From: Camelus ferus
Lineage: Eukaryota
NCBI RefSeq assembly: GCF_009834535.1
Contig: NC_045697.1
Coordinates: forward strand, 63,180,001 to 63,244,000
Direction of reading: 5' to 3'
DNA: 64,000 nucleotides
Shown: piece after piece, positions 26,131 through 40,098 of the stretch
Layout of the letters: the number at the start of each line of letters is the position of its first letter
Position numbering within the stretch: position 1 is the stretch's first letter
The notes under the pieces: model-generated
Seen by the model: the letters and a program-made list of their open reading frames with translations, nothing else
Told to the model about the DNA's origin: nothing
Database searches by the model: none
Made by a program: the position numbers and the translations under genes

Positions 26131-28055
26131 CTATTTGGGAGTTAGTGGCTTTAGGTATCAATTTCCCCACTGAGGGAGACAGTGGATAGATCGTTTTTAA
26201 GTGGAGGCATGATCCATCCAGATTTTCCCTGTTGTTGAGATGTTATAATCACACATCAAGTCGTCATCTCATCATCCATAAAAGTCAGATTTTCCTCTTC
26301 TTTCTGCTGAGTGACCTTTTTCTTTGCTGGATCATTTGATGGAGCAGCAGCCATGTAACATCGTGTAAGACTCTGAAGATGACACAGGTGAACTCTGCGC
26401 CGTAAATAGTAAAAGAAGGATTCTGATCAGGATTTGTTGTCCACTCGCAGCCAGCAGTCAAGAGTAACCTGGATTAAACAGGAGACTAGACCCCATCCCC
26501 ACTCTGAAGAACCCACAGAACCAGATACGGGGTTGTTAACCAAACTGCCTTAACTTTCTGATACCTTTATTTTGAGGCATACTTTGGGTAAGAGGACAAA
26601 AGCTTGGGCTACAAATGGATATTCTGAATGAGGTTTAGATAGAAAGAGGAAATCTCTCCTGGACTGAAATATTTTAAAACTCTGTCTCAAGTACAGTCTA
26701 CTCTCAACATCCTAAAAATGATAGGATATATAAAAATATTCTCTGAGTAATGGGTTAAACCAGGTTGTCATTGCAAATATGTCCATATTTGAAGATGGTA
26801 AGAGACCTGAAAAGTCTTTTTTGTCTCCTTGTGAGATTTTTGTCTTCTAGTTAAACATTACTCATATGCACTGAAAGATCTGGGCTTTTTGATATCTTGG
26901 CACCAGTAATAATTTGGACCTGCTCCCTCATTAGAGTATTCATAGATCAGAAAATTATTAAAATACATATTATTGAGGGGAAATAACGATAAAAATACTC
27001 TAAAGAAAATGGAAATAAAGAGTATCACTAATTTTGCCAGGTGGTTCTTTTTAATAACATATTTTAATGATTTAAAAATTCACATTATTTCACATTTTAG
27101 TATCTCTGATGCTGATGTGTTCATAATTAAGATATTTCAGCATTGTGTCCTAGATTGACAGCAATTTTGTTTTTCTTTTTTAGAGTTATGTATAATGTGT
27201 CTTAAATTAAAAAAAAATGTTTTAGATAAGAAAAAATAGGAATCTGAGAGACTCATAGGGAAGAAGTATCAACCTGTGTATCTTTGACTTCAGATCTCCT
27301 CCGTTTAAAGAATCCAGAATACCTCCCCCCCAGTTCTGGTTTGCTTAACAGAATCATATTTGCTTTTACAGTGTTTTATTATTTTGAGGTAAAGCATTTA
27401 TCTTCTTCAGTATGGTACTAACTCTAGTACTCATAATTCTCTACTTGTATACATGAGATATCTAGCATGTTTTATTTTGTGCTTATCCATGCATTTATAT
27501 TTTTTCCTAGCCCTACCTGTCTTCATTATCCTCACATATAAAAAACACTACCCTTGAGAGAAGAGATTTCTGTTACTAAGGATTACATTTTTGTCTCTCT
27601 ACATTTTTATCACTCTGTGAAAATAAGAGAACTCAACTTCAACCATCAGTTAGAAATATTGAACCCAAAGTCTCTCCCTCCATTTCAAATCTCTCTCATG
27701 ATGTATTGATATATGTATTTAACAGGCCAGTAGCAATTTTATTCAATGCAGTTATATGCTTTAGATTTAATGGATTCAAGAATAACCTTATTCTCCCTGC
27801 CTTTTTATTTGTTCTCTCCCTATTTATTTCATTGCCTGATGAATGACACCAGCATCATGTAGACTAAAAAAATTGAAACTAAGTGTCACTAGCTTTAATT
27901 GTTTCTACTTTTTAGATATTCTTGATTCTACACCTTTCTCTCCACAATTTCTGTTTCAGCCTTTATTAGGGCCAGCATCACTTTTCCTCTAACTGTAAGT
28001 TGCCCCCTTGGTTTTTAAGGCCCTTTCTCTGGCCCCAGTGTCCATTGGTGCCATC

Positions 28056-28097
28056 TTTGTTTTTGTTTTTGTTTTTGTTTTTGTTTTTGTTTTTTTG
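28056..28097. repeat. (GTTTTT)n simple repeat
   Basis: Seen directly. It explains the FLFLFL and KNKNKN ORFs. Confidence 0.95.
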
Positions 28098-31000
28098 TCC
28101 CAGTGCCAACCTTGATGCAGATCTCAGGTTCTTGTTCAGTTTTTCATCTCTTACCCACTGCACAGAATTTTTCTATCAAATAAAAACTTTCGTGACTAAT
28201 GTTGACTTCATTTCAGATTTTGGAGTCAAGGTGAAGTAATCATCTAGTTCCCGTGAGAGAGAAAGTAAATAGTGTATTCAAGAGTTTCATTTGGCTCTCT
28301 TTTCTGGACTTTCTTCACTTTTTTCCCTACAGCCACATTCTCCAAATTCTGGCTGATTTTCCCTCTTCCCTTCTTTAATTCATGCAAAGCAGATCTACAG
28401 GCTACTCTCCAGGCAAGGTGTCAGCTGGTTTATGGGCACGGACTCCATCTTCTAAAATGGTTTAGCAGAGCATTTCCCAACAAAAACAGGGCTCTCCCAA
28501 CTACATTATCGTAACTCCTGCCAGAGGACTAATCTTGTCTCTCTCCTTACATATGCTTGTCTCCTGCTTTAAGTTTGACCTCTTATCCATTCTCCACATT
28601 GCCCATGAGATATTCTGACATGACAACCTGATATTGGTCACTGAACATATTTTTTAAAACTTTCGATATTCCCTATTACCTTCATTATAAATTTCAATTT
28701 TATTAACATGACTTACAAAGTTACCAAGCTTCAATACTCACCACTTTTTCTACACTGCTAAGATTGACTTCCAGCAAATATTTAATGAAGGTGTACTATC
28801 AGCCCTAAGATTATGGTAGCAAACATGGACTATGTAGCATATGGCCTAATGGGCAAATTCTATTTTTAAATGATTGTTAAGGAAGAAGAAAAGCAGTGTG
28901 CAGTGGAAGGATATAGCAATTTTGGTGGCAAGAAAAGACTTCCTGAGAAAAACATTTAAGTTTTTATATGAAGGATAATGAGTGTTTAGTGAGGTGAGGG
29001 AAATGGTTTAACAGATTGGAATTCTTAGAGGAAAGTGTGGCACACTGGAGAAATTCCAGGAAACCTAACATGCTTTGGCAAAGTAGGGAATAAATGGCAC
29101 TAAATGAGTGACTTGAGTGAACCACATTCTCTCTCACCTATATGATCTTTCAAGTGCTGTTTTCTCATCCTGAAATGTTCTTTCCTTTTATTAACTATCA
29201 GTGTTCAGCTGCTAAAATAAGATCTAAAAAGCACTGATCTGTTTGAAGAGTCAATATGTGCTCAGGAAAAAATAAGTGTAATTCTCAGCAATGATGATAA
29301 GGGCTAAATAAATATAAGACATTATGTTTAGGGGAAGAGATCTTTCTGTGGGCTGCAGTAGGTAGGACAGGCTTCAGGAGAGGTTATTTATTTAAACTTA
29401 TTTAAATAAAGTGCAATAAAGGCTTAGGTAAGGAGTCATTCTATGAGCAGGAATTAATAATAAAGAAGTAAATATATACATATATCTGAAAATTAATAGA
29501 GGGCTAGACTGGCCTTTCAAAAGCAAAGATTACTTGGAAATTATATATACAATTTTTAATCCTGTTACTATTTTTCTTTTTTCTCATGTGTTTTTAAATA
29601 GGCAAAATCAAAGTAAGACTTTGTTTTTGACTTTTGCTATAAAATAAAATAAATATGTAACTATTTGAATAAATAGATAACTTGTTAACTTCAAATATAT
29701 GACCCTAATGGTATATATCAATAAAAATCTTCATAAAATATTGGTCCAAAATGATAATTCTATGAATTGGGACTCGGCAATATGATTTTCTGAATAACTC
29801 TGTGCTTCTATTTCTAACAGAATTGTTTTTAAGTTGTTCTGAACAATTTTCTCAATGAAAATGTCCAAAAAATTCTAGATAATTATTTTTAAAATATTTT
29901 AAAATGTCTTTGTGGAATAAGAAAATAATATATCTACAGAAAGCAAAAATAAACTTCAAGTGCAAATCTTTAAAAGTCAGTAATTGTCAAAATCAGTTTA
30001 CTTTCTAACCAGACAGTAGGCAATTTGTAAATGTTAAGGGCCATATTTTGTCTAGCAGCCAAAGCTGTATTTATATTTTTCACTCTAGTTGTAACTAATA
30101 TAAACAATTTTCCTAGTTCAGTTGCTCTTCTTTGAGGATTTTTCTTCTCTAACACTGGAGAATTAGGGCAAAAATTACTAAAGTTATTTAAAAAGATATT
30201 ATTTTATAAAAAAAAAAAGGAAACTTAGATATGTTCTAATCCAATAATCTTTATATACGAGGAAATTTAAATCCATGCATAGAGTGACTTACTTGGCATC
30301 ATCTAACTTGTAAAAAAAAATGGAACATAGAATTTGTGTTAATCTTTTGGATATATATTCTAATAACATTAATGAATTTTATAAATTACAATATAAAGTT
30401 AAAGCTTATTAAATGATCATGAATCTAGGTAATGTAATATAACACACTTTAATGACATCTTTTAAAAATCTGTGGTTGACTTTATCCAACAGCTATAGTC
30501 CCAAGCTATAGTGAGTATTTTTATGAAACATAATCAAATGCCCAGTGGAAAGGAGACAACAATTTGAACAAGAATTTAAGCAAGGGTTTTTCTTTATCAA
30601 CTCTATGATCTTAAAGGTATTTACACAAGATCGAATGTAGATCTGAAATCCCAAGTGTATTTTAAATTTAATTTTACTTATATTAAGTAATATGTATTTA
30701 CATGTGCTAATTTTGAGCTTTGAGTCATGATGAGACTTTTGTTTTTCTAGAATAAAGCGAACTACACTCTTAATGATTAAAATGTAATTTTAATCAGCCC
30801 CATTTTGCAATCTAGTTTTATTATAGCCACCAGGAACAGAAACTCATTTCTCTAAAAGACATACCTACAGTTCTGTTTTATTAGCCAGGTTTTCAGTACT
30901 GACAGGTCCTGCCTGACACAGTTTGCAGATGTGATACCCATAGGTTCTAAATCAAACAGATGCATTTGCTAATCTAATTTTAATTTTAATTTTTCCTTTC

Positions 31001-32537
31001 CATCTTTTATATTTTCAGTACTCCTCTGGAGATGGATATATTTGCTAAGAATACAAAAGCGTTAAGTTATTATGCAAAATGCAGTTATTTTATTAAGCAG
31101 AATTTCACAGCTAAATCTGTCCTTTTTATTTCCCTCCTTCTACTTTACCATCTTTCTGTAGCCCATATCTTTCTCTTCCTCCAGCAACAAAAAAGGAAAT
31201 GCTTTGATGCATGTAGTGAGTAACAGAATTATATTAAAAATATATATTTATTTTCAATATAGTAAAATATTAAGTAAATAATATGAAAGTCAGAATGTCA
31301 AAATGATGTCTTAAATATAGTTCTTTGTTAATGGCAAAACAAGCTTGCAGCCAGAGAATGTACTCCTAGAAGAAATACTTTATGACACGTGTCTCACATG
31401 TATTTACTTTAGGAGATGCCTCTGGTTTATCTGGTTTATCTAGAAACACATGGATGGTCTTACCATGGGCCTTTGAATTTATTCTCACACATTTGGTCAT
31501 TAATTAGTAATAAGTGGAGCCTCTGATGCCTGCATACGAATGCTGCTCATCCTATGGTAGATCTTCTTTAGCTTAGTATTTGCAAAATTAAACAGATGCT
31601 GAATATGATTTAAATCTTTCTCCTAATACCAAAGCTATCAGGAGGCTGCCTATCTCATGAAAATTTGGGAATTAATAACAAAAAGCATGCATTTAAATTT
31701 CTGTGGTTATTAAAGAATAAAAAAACTGTGAATAAATATATTTTAGGAAAATTTACATAGAAGTGAAATTGTGTGCATAAGGTGAATCAAATTGAACTCT
31801 GTTTTATTTTGTTGTTAAGTCAGTGTTTTATTTTGTGCATTATAAATAAATAGGGTCTAATGAATAGCTTTTTAAAACATGCTCAGAGACTGTGGTAAAG
31901 AAATGTATATACTCTGTTCCCATAAGGATGCTATGATTTTGTTTAGAACAGAAATGGTTGAGTGAGTAAATGTGTGTGTGTCTTGGCGGGGGGAGAGAAG
32001 GGGAGGGGTGGCAGGAGAGGGAAGAGAGAGATAGGATTAAGCAATGGATAAATGAATGCATGAATTTGTTATAAAATATGATTAAAAGGTTTATCTTTAT
32101 ACAAATATTATTGTTATAAAAATATTAAGATACAATTCAGTGATCCATGAGAATGTTTGAGTGGAAATCCCTGAGAATAATTACAGATTATGAGGCATTT
32201 CAAATATATTGTATGAAAAAAATCAATCTATAACTGTATATACTTCTCTTTAATCATACCGTGTTTGTTACAAAGCAAATTTCATTTATACAGAGATTTG
32301 CTAGAGTATTAACTATCTTGTCAGATGGCTTTTGGATGAAGAAAAATAATGTCCTCATTTTCATTTACTAAATTGCTCTAGAAAAATAAAAGTCATATTT
32401 GAAATATAGCAAGTGGAATAGAATAAATTAACACACAGAATTAAGTTGATAGCAAATTCTTGTTTTCTTTAATAGGAAATAAATCTTTATTTATTAAAAA
32501 TTACCATTTGCTCCAAGTAAGTTATATAAATACTTTG

Positions 32538-32690
32538 CCCTAAAGGAGGGGAGCATAACTTCCCACCCCGTAAGTATAGGCTACACATAATGAGTTCTTT
32601 TCAAGGAATACAGTGAAGGGTGAAAAAAACCCCACAATACTATTATAGTAGAGAAAACTAACAAACACTGTACAGTTGATATGATGTGAT
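32538..32690 (+). mobile_element. L1MC/L1MD 3'UTR fragment (left part, interrupted by MER21)
   Basis: aaggaggggagcataacttcccacccc.taagt..ggct...ctaacaaacact. Confidence 0.75.
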
Positions 32691-32691
32691 A

Positions 32692-33486
32692 TGTTGTCCT
32701 GAAAATATCCAGAGAGAGAATCAGAGTCCACAGGTAAAGGGCTCTGTCCCACAAGACTGCCTTCCACTTTAGAATCCAATCACAAGCCCAGGTTACCTGT
32801 GCTTCTGATAAAAAGGCTACAGACTGGAGGTTCCAAGGAATCTTTTGACTCAGGATGTGAGTTCCAAGTCCAGGTTGTTTTCTGTACTTCTTACCAACTG
32901 AGTATAAATCAGAGGTTCCCATGACCCCCTGCTTGGGTTTAATTAATTTGTTAGAACAGCTCACAGAAAGCTGTTGATTCACCAGAGTATCAGTATATTA
33001 CCAAAGATATTAAAGGATATGAATCAGCAACCAGATGAAGAGATTCATAGGGCGAGGTTCTGAACAAAGGATCTTCTGCTCTGGTGAAGCTTGGGCCCTG
33101 GCATGGGGGCACATAGAAGCACTCTGGTTCCCCACCTGGAAGCTCTCTGAACCCTGTCTTTTTGGGTTTTTGTAGAGGCTTCACTACATAGGAATGATTG
33201 AATCATTAGCTATTGGCTGTTGATTCAACCTCCAAACCTTCTCCCCTCTGCAGAGATCAGAGAGGTGGGACTGAAAATTCTAACCCTTGAATCACATGGT
33301 TGTTTCCTCTGGTTAGCAGGGCCTATCAGGTGATTTAGGGGCATCCCAAAGTCACCTCATTAACATAACAAAAGACAACTTGATCACTCTCCTCACTTAA
33401 GAAATTCCCAGGGTTTTAGGAGCTCTGTGTCAGAAATGGAGACAAAGAGTAAATACTTATTTCTTACTGTAAATCATAGTATCACA
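32692..33486 (-). mobile_element. MER21(A/B)-like ERVL LTR
   Basis: agggctctgtcccacaagactgcc, gaggttcccatgacccc, gatgaagagattcatagggcgagg, aaagtcacctcattaacataac and terminal ...atttcttactgtaaatcatagtatcaca. Confidence 0.88.
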
Positions 33487-33760
33487 GGAGACATGACAAC
33501 TAAATGTCATGTAGTATCCTGAAACAGAAAAAGAGCATTAGGTAAAAACTAAAGAAATCTGAGTAAACTTTAGTTGATATAGTATCCTTGAGTTGATAAT
33601 AACGTATTAATTAGTTCATTAATTGTAACAGAGGTACTGTACTGCTATAACATATTAATAATAGGGTGACTTGTATGTAGGGGGGAAATAGAGCAACTCT
33701 GCTTATTTTTCTGTAAATGTAAAACTGTTCCAAAAATAGTCTGTTAATGAAAAGAAAATA
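33487..33760 (+). mobile_element. L1MC/L1MD 3' end (right part)
   Basis: gagacatgacaactaaatgt..tgtagtatcctg..acagaaaaagagcattaggtaaaaact...ttttctgtaaatgtaaaactgttc. Confidence 0.8.
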
Positions 33761-36700
33761 ATACTGTTTTAAAAAATTGTTTAATATTCACATTCAGAGA
33801 CATTAGGCTCAAAAATAAAATATCGATGGAGAAAAGATGTCCCCCACATTGCCGTTGAGGGCATCCTTACGTTATTATAAGGACCCAGGATCATTGGTTC
33901 ATATGAAATGCTGTTTTGATGACACAGATCTGTTGATAATCCATCAGAAGAAAGGCATTTGAATTAGTAAACTACATGTGTAAAATGTGAGAAGTTTTCC
34001 CATGTAATCTTTATAATCATAGATAATATGAGATATAAGGGATTTTTACATTTCAGGAAAATATGCTACTATTATTATAGCCTATTTATTTTAGTCCCAA
34101 GAATTAAAAAAACAGTATTTATGAAGAGGGTTTGAATTAACACGTGGGATTTGGAAAATGCTATCAGAAAACTATGTGCAAATTGTCAAACTGCTCTTAG
34201 TAACTTGATGTGAGGGAAATGAATTATTATATTTTAAGGGATAGAAGCAGATAAAGACTTTATTATTCCAATAGTACAAAACAACAATATATTTATCATA
34301 TTGATAGAGACTTTGTGGCTTGTCAAAATTTAAGCACCAACATCATCTTTATGTTTGGCAGATCTGTGATTTTTAATTCTTTAGTTGGAATGAAGATAGT
34401 AAGGGTCAGAGTAAATAAACTTCATTATTGTACAATTATTGTTTTATATTTCACTTCATTTGACAGTGTATGTTTAACAAAGATCTGTACTGTCTCAAGT
34501 TTAATTCTTATATAGGATAGGAGAGTGAATCAATCATTAAATGAAAACCAAAAAACATTCTATGAAAACATAAAGAAGACATAATCAGTTCCAATGTCCA
34601 GGGATGGGAAGGATCAGGAACATTCCAGTCTTTATGGAACAAGTCTTGGAAATCAACTGGGAATTCCATGAGAAAAGAAGATGGATGAATGAATGCAGCA
34701 GATACCTTTCAAACAGTCCAAGTCCTGGATACATTTTAGGAAAAATTTAAATACTCATAGTAGTTGTCATTTAATTATACTTTCTTTCTGGTATATTTTC
34801 AAAGAGGGTTTCAACTGGCATTTTCTTCTTTGTGTAAATGAATGGGATTACAGTTACAATTTGGACTTACTTGATACATTAAATGAATTTGTGATAAATT
34901 GTGAAAATGAATATTTACATATCAAGTTACCTCTAACATTTGAATTTCTATTTCAGATGTATTCTCACTAGGGAAAAACATGATCCTAACCATACAAAAA
35001 AGATGAAAAATGTAAAAAGGAGGTAAAAATCACTTGTGACAATGTCAAAATGTATTTTCAAGGAGATTTCTGCCTTTGTGAGTATAGAGTATGTATGCAT
35101 TTAAATCTTCAGTACAAACTCAGTGAAATTCATCAAAAAGGAAATCAATCCACATTATCTTAGTACTCTTAAAGGCATATGTAAATTAAAATACATCACA
35201 TAGCTAATTCCAGCTTTATTGACAGTTCTTACTGACTCTCAGGGATTTGAATGTTTAAATATTTTAACAGGCACACTGGTTAGTGTTTCAGGAATGTCAC
35301 TGCTTTAGAAGCAAAGTAAAATTCACCAGCTGTGAACACCATGCAGCAACTTTTTTTTCAAGATTTTTTTTTTTCTCACAGTGAAGTATGTTGTTCCTAT
35401 ATTTAAGTATTTGCAACCTGCTTTCCCCCACAAGGGATTTAACTGATTCTATAATAAATGTGGGTGTGTTGTGTGTTTAATTACTGATGAATGAATAACA
35501 AGGTGATCTTTGGTACCTGACACTTTGGCTTTAGAGAACTTCATTAGGAAACCCTTTGCAGTGTTTCCTGAGTAGTGAAGGATTTGAAGATATTTTTAAT
35601 ACTCCTGTGATAATGAAAACAAGCTTCACTAATAGCAGAAATTCAAGTGAGCATTAAAAAATATTAGAAATGGAAATAATGTTTTTCATGCTTTATTACA
35701 TGAATAAATCTAAACTTATGCTAAGTAAAAGTGGTTAAGGAGAAGATGATCTCTTTTGTAGAAGAAAAAATCAAGAAGAAAACTTGAGAGTACATTATGA
35801 GTGGAAATAATAAAATAGAACTCGTGGAATTTTTTTAATTTTAAGGAAATATGTTTATGGACTTTTTACATTATCTCTGTGATGCTGACTTAAAGAAAGG
35901 AGGATTTCCTAAATCCTCACATTTCAATAGTTTAAATTTCCCAGGAGGGAGTAAGGGATGGAAAATTGGTATAAAAATTGTGAAATTGAGGAAGAGAATC
36001 CTTGGAGCTGATTTTTTCTCAGGTTAAACACCAATTTTTAAAAAAGACAAAACTGATGGCTTGTTTTTAATTTCACTGAAGGTTCAGTTTACAGAGATAA
36101 ATGATTTATGTTTCTTTTTAGATCTTTACTTAGCCTGAAGGAAGTAATGATTTTCTAGAAATTACATGCTTTATTATCTAAATCCACTCGAGTATCTAAC
36201 TCTACTCTCCAGTGAAATAAATGTATAAATAGAGGAAGAAATAGGAAACAGTCATAAGAATCTAACTGTCTAAATGAATAGCTGTGAGCTGTGGGAGCGT
36301 AAGAGTCCTGGGCAGAGCACTCTGTGCCTAAAGGACAAGAGCGCAACTGGAAACCACAGCTATCCAGTAGTGTCCTCTCTACCGATGTTAGTGTGCCATT
36401 TGATGTAATTTATAAAAGCAAACAAATAGATAACACCCCGAAACTCTTCCTTTTAGGAAACTGTCAAGTTAACTTGGCTGTGCTTATATGTAGCCAAATG
36501 TGATGACAGGACCATAAATTAAGGGTGATGACTAAAAGCACTGTCACTACAACATAGACGTCTACTCCTAACAGCTCAGTCTGGGAAGAAAAGTAAGAAA
36601 AAAAAGTAAAAAATGATTTATTTATTTTAAATCTCAGCTGTTAGTGAAGTTAAAGTTATATTGTACTGACTAACTCTGTAAAAGAATTAGTATAGTGACA

Positions 36701-36933
36701 AAGAATGAATAACATAAAAGCCACATGATTCATCTTTAGAATGTGTTCTATAAATTTCTAGGAAAACTCCACCAGGGCCTCACTTTGGTAGGAATAGTAC
36801 ACTGGAGGGTCCAAGTGTGGGAAAAGTCTCCCGTCACTGATAGCTCAGAAGATGATAAAATAATGAAATCCCATGTTTATTTCCTACTCAGTTTCATTTT
36901 TCTTTTTAAATCTCTTCATGGCTTCTTTTATCC

Positions 36934-37029
36934 TTTTTTTTATTGAAGTATATTTGATTTACAATGTTGCGTTAAATTCTGATATATAGCATAGTGATTC
37001 ACTTCTACATATATATGTGTGTATATATA

Positions 37030-37064
<35 letters not shown>

Positions 37065-37352
37065 TCCTTTTCATATTCTTTTTTCATTATAGGCCATTAC
37101 AAGGTGTTGAATATAGTTCCCTGTGCTATACAGTAGGACCTCATTGTTTATCTGTTTTATGTATAGTAGTTAGTGTCTATGAATCCTGAGCTCCTGATTC
37201 ATCCCTTCCCACCCCTTTTCCCCTCTGGTAACTGTAAGTTTGTTTTTTATGTCTGTCAGTCTGTCTCTGCTTTGTAAATAAGTTCATTTGTGTCTTTTTT
37301 TCCTTTTTTTAAATAGGTTCCATGTATAAGTGATATCATATGGTATTTTTCT
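36934..37352 (-). mobile_element. 5'-truncated artiodactyl/camelid L1 3' end
   Basis: T-tail + attgaagtata.ttgatttacaatgtt...gaatatagttccctgtgctatacagtagg...ataagtgatatcatatggtattt. Confidence 0.88.
37009..37064. repeat. Compound (TA)/(TG) microsatellite inside the L1 3'UTR
   Basis: Seen directly in the sequence. Confidence 0.95.
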
Positions 37353-38229
37353 TACTCACTGTTTTTCACAAGATTTAAGTTTCTAAAATCCTATCAATCT
37401 AGCAGGAATTAGATGGAGATGGAAATTTAGAAATCTTTCTTTCTGTACCAAGAGAATGTGTAAGAAAGAAAATAATAGTGATTTGGTTACATTTATGAGT
37501 GTAACACTCATGGTGACTTAGTCTTCACTGATCTTCCAAGTTAGTGTCATCCAATACTCCTGGATTAGTAGTTACCCCGTCTCAGTACTTATGATCTAAT
37601 TGAAATAAACAACATTTGTTTTTGCCTCCAGGGTAACTTTAATAAATCAGTGGTAAATGTATATGGCTAACAAGGATACTTCCCCTCTCTACTAAAATCT
37701 GAATTTTTTTAAGTCCTTCCACTAGCTTCCGACAGCTGAGTCTAGATGCCTTCCCATTTGAGCCTTTTCAGCACTAGGACATGCCTGTGGCCACCAAGCT
37801 GTCACATCCCTGGGTGCATCCTGGTCTCCAGTGATTGTGCTGTGTGCTAACTCTCCTTTCTCATTCTGAAATCCCCACATCCTCCCACAGGTTTGGCAGT
37901 CACAGATATAACTAGAGAATAAATGTGTTCTGGTACATAATGGGTCCTGAAAATGATGTTTGAAAAGAATGAATGACTGCAATTTGAATTATTACATGGT
38001 AGAGTAACTATTTAATGTCTGAGGTATTAGACTTTTAAAATAATGGCATTGTATTTATGGTAATAATCTTCTTATTAAATAAAGTCTGAATCAGAGACAA
38101 TTATAAAGAAAATTTACCTTTTTAGGTTTAAAAAAAATGAGAGAAGGGCTTAACTTTTGTCATGCAGAATCACCTATAGGGTTTTCTGTCTGAGATTAAT
38201 CACTCACATTCTGAAATCAGCCACGCCTC

Positions 38230-38410
38230 TTTTTTGAACCCTAGTGCTGACACTAACTCTGTGAACTTAACTAGATATTTAATCACACTGTAATTTTTTC
38301 TTCCCAGTGAAGTGAGAGCATAATACATCTCTAAATCATAAGATATATCTAAGGATTTTGTTAAACAAAAATATTGAGTATTAAAATACTAAGCTTTCAA
38401 TAAATATGAG
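38230..38410 (+). mobile_element. MIR SINE fragment
   Basis: tttgaaccctagtgctgacactaactctgtgaactt...atttaatcac...taatacatctct. Confidence 0.55.
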
Positions 38411-38479
38411 TTATTTTTCCTTCCTCCTTAAATTCATTTGATTTCCAGGAAACTAACTTTCTCTTTTTCTGTCTACCTC

Positions 38480-38900
38480 AAAGTCTCCTTTGTGGGGTAC
38501 TTCTCATCTTCATATTATTTAAATATTTGGCGTGGTTTTTGGTCTCAATTCCTAGACTTTTAAACAATTCTGCTTATACTTCTACCTATAATTATTTCAT
38601 TCAATCTAATAGCTTTAAGTGTTGGTTAATGCACAAAACTCCCAGCTTTCTATCTCCAGCAATACATCTCTCCTGTACGCCAGACAGCATATGTTAACTA
38701 TTTACTTGAGATCTTCACTTGGATGTCTGTTAGGTCCCTGGAATATATCCTAAACCAAAGTCCTGCTTTTCACTCCTTAGCTCCCCCAAGTTTGTTCTTC
38801 TCATTTGTATTCATGTAAGCAACTGTTAAGTTTGCACTTCAGTTGTTAAGGGCTGTTAAAAACTTGGGAGCCCCCTTCTTCCTCTCTCTCCCTCTCTCTT
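38480..38900 (+). mobile_element. L2 LINE fragment
   Basis: ctcccagctttctatctccagc...tctctcctg...ccagac...ttcacttggatgtct. Confidence 0.65.
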
Positions 38901-39006
38901 GTGTCTGACAAGAAATCCCTTGATAAATTCCACGGGCTCTGGCAATAAGGATGAAATTAATCATTGGCTCATCTACCAAGGAGATGGAATTATTATTACT
39001 TCTTAG

Positions 39007-39112
39007 ACCTATAGTTCTTAAAGTATGGTCAGTTGACTCTTGAAGGTCCCCCAAGATCCTTTCTGGACATTCATGATGTCAAAACTATTATCATAATAAT
39101 ACCAAGACATTA
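39007..39112 (+). mobile_element. hAT-Charlie (Charlie1-like) DNA transposon end
   Basis: tagttcttaaagtatggtc...ggtcccccaagatcctttt...gtcaaaactattatcataataataccaagac. Confidence 0.6.
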
Positions 39113-39490
39113 AAAATTTTAATGCTTTCCTATCTATAGCATGATAACAGCAATAGTACTAAACCTTAGCTTAGTGTCTCACACACAGTTTACACACTAA
39201 ATGTTATTGAATAATTTATTAAAATATTATTGAATATATTTGAAAGATATGTTGAAAGAAATCAATGGACTACACATCCAGTTAGGTGGACTGATATCCA
39301 GAGCCAGGTTCCTCATAATAATGCTATAGTCTCAAAAATAAAGTACAATAACTTTTGGAGAAATTTGCTTAATGTCAGTCTTTTGATAGTTTTTAATCTT
39401 TTATTCTTATAATGTCTTAATTTGCACTCTTTTGCCCAAAAAATTCACTCTAATTTCATAAGAGGGGGTAGATAATGGAACTTAAAAAAA

Positions 39491-40098
39491 ATTTTTTTTT
39501 AAATTGAAGTATAGTCATGTACAATGTACCAATTTCTGGTATATAGCATAATGTCCCAGTCATGCATATATACATATATTCATTTTCATATTTTTTACTA
39601 AAGGTTATTACAAAATATTGAATGTAGTTCCCTGTGCTATACAGAAGAAATCTGTTTTTATCTATTTTTGTATATAGTGGTTATCACTTGCAAATCTCAA
39701 ACCCCCAAATTTATCCCTTCCTATACCCTTTACTCCAGTAACCATAAGATTGTTTACTAAGTCTGTGAGTCTGTTTCTGATTTGTAGTTGAGTTCATTAA
39801 TTAGTGTCCTCTTTTTTTTTCTTTTCTCTTTCTTTCCTATCTATTCTTTCTTTCTTTCTTAATTTTTCCTTTCTCTTTCTGGGTTACTTCACTTAGAACG
39901 ACGATCTCCAGGTCCCTCCATGTTGCTGCAAATGGTATTATTTTATTCTTTTTCATTGTTGAGTGGTATTCCATTGTATAAATATACCACAACTTCTTTA
40001 TCCAGTTATCTGTCAATGGCCATTTATGTTGTTTCCCTGTCTTGGCTACTATACAGTGCTGCTATGAACTTTGGGGTGCATGTATCTTTTTCAATTTG
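39491..40098 (-). mobile_element. 5'-truncated camelid-type L1 (3'UTR plus ORF2 end)
   Basis: T-tail + attgaagtatagtc...tgtcccagtcatgcatatatacatatattc...aaaggttattacaa...gttccctgtgctatacagaagaaa...catgttgctgcaaatgg. Confidence 0.9.

Noticed and set aside
27978..28239. ORFs with KNKNKN / FLFLFL runs
   Set aside because: These are translations of the (GTTTTT)n simple repeat.
32540..33184. Longest ORFs in the track (133, 79 and 64 aa)
   Set aside because: They lie within MER21 LTR and L1 3'UTR sequence and show no protein-family features.
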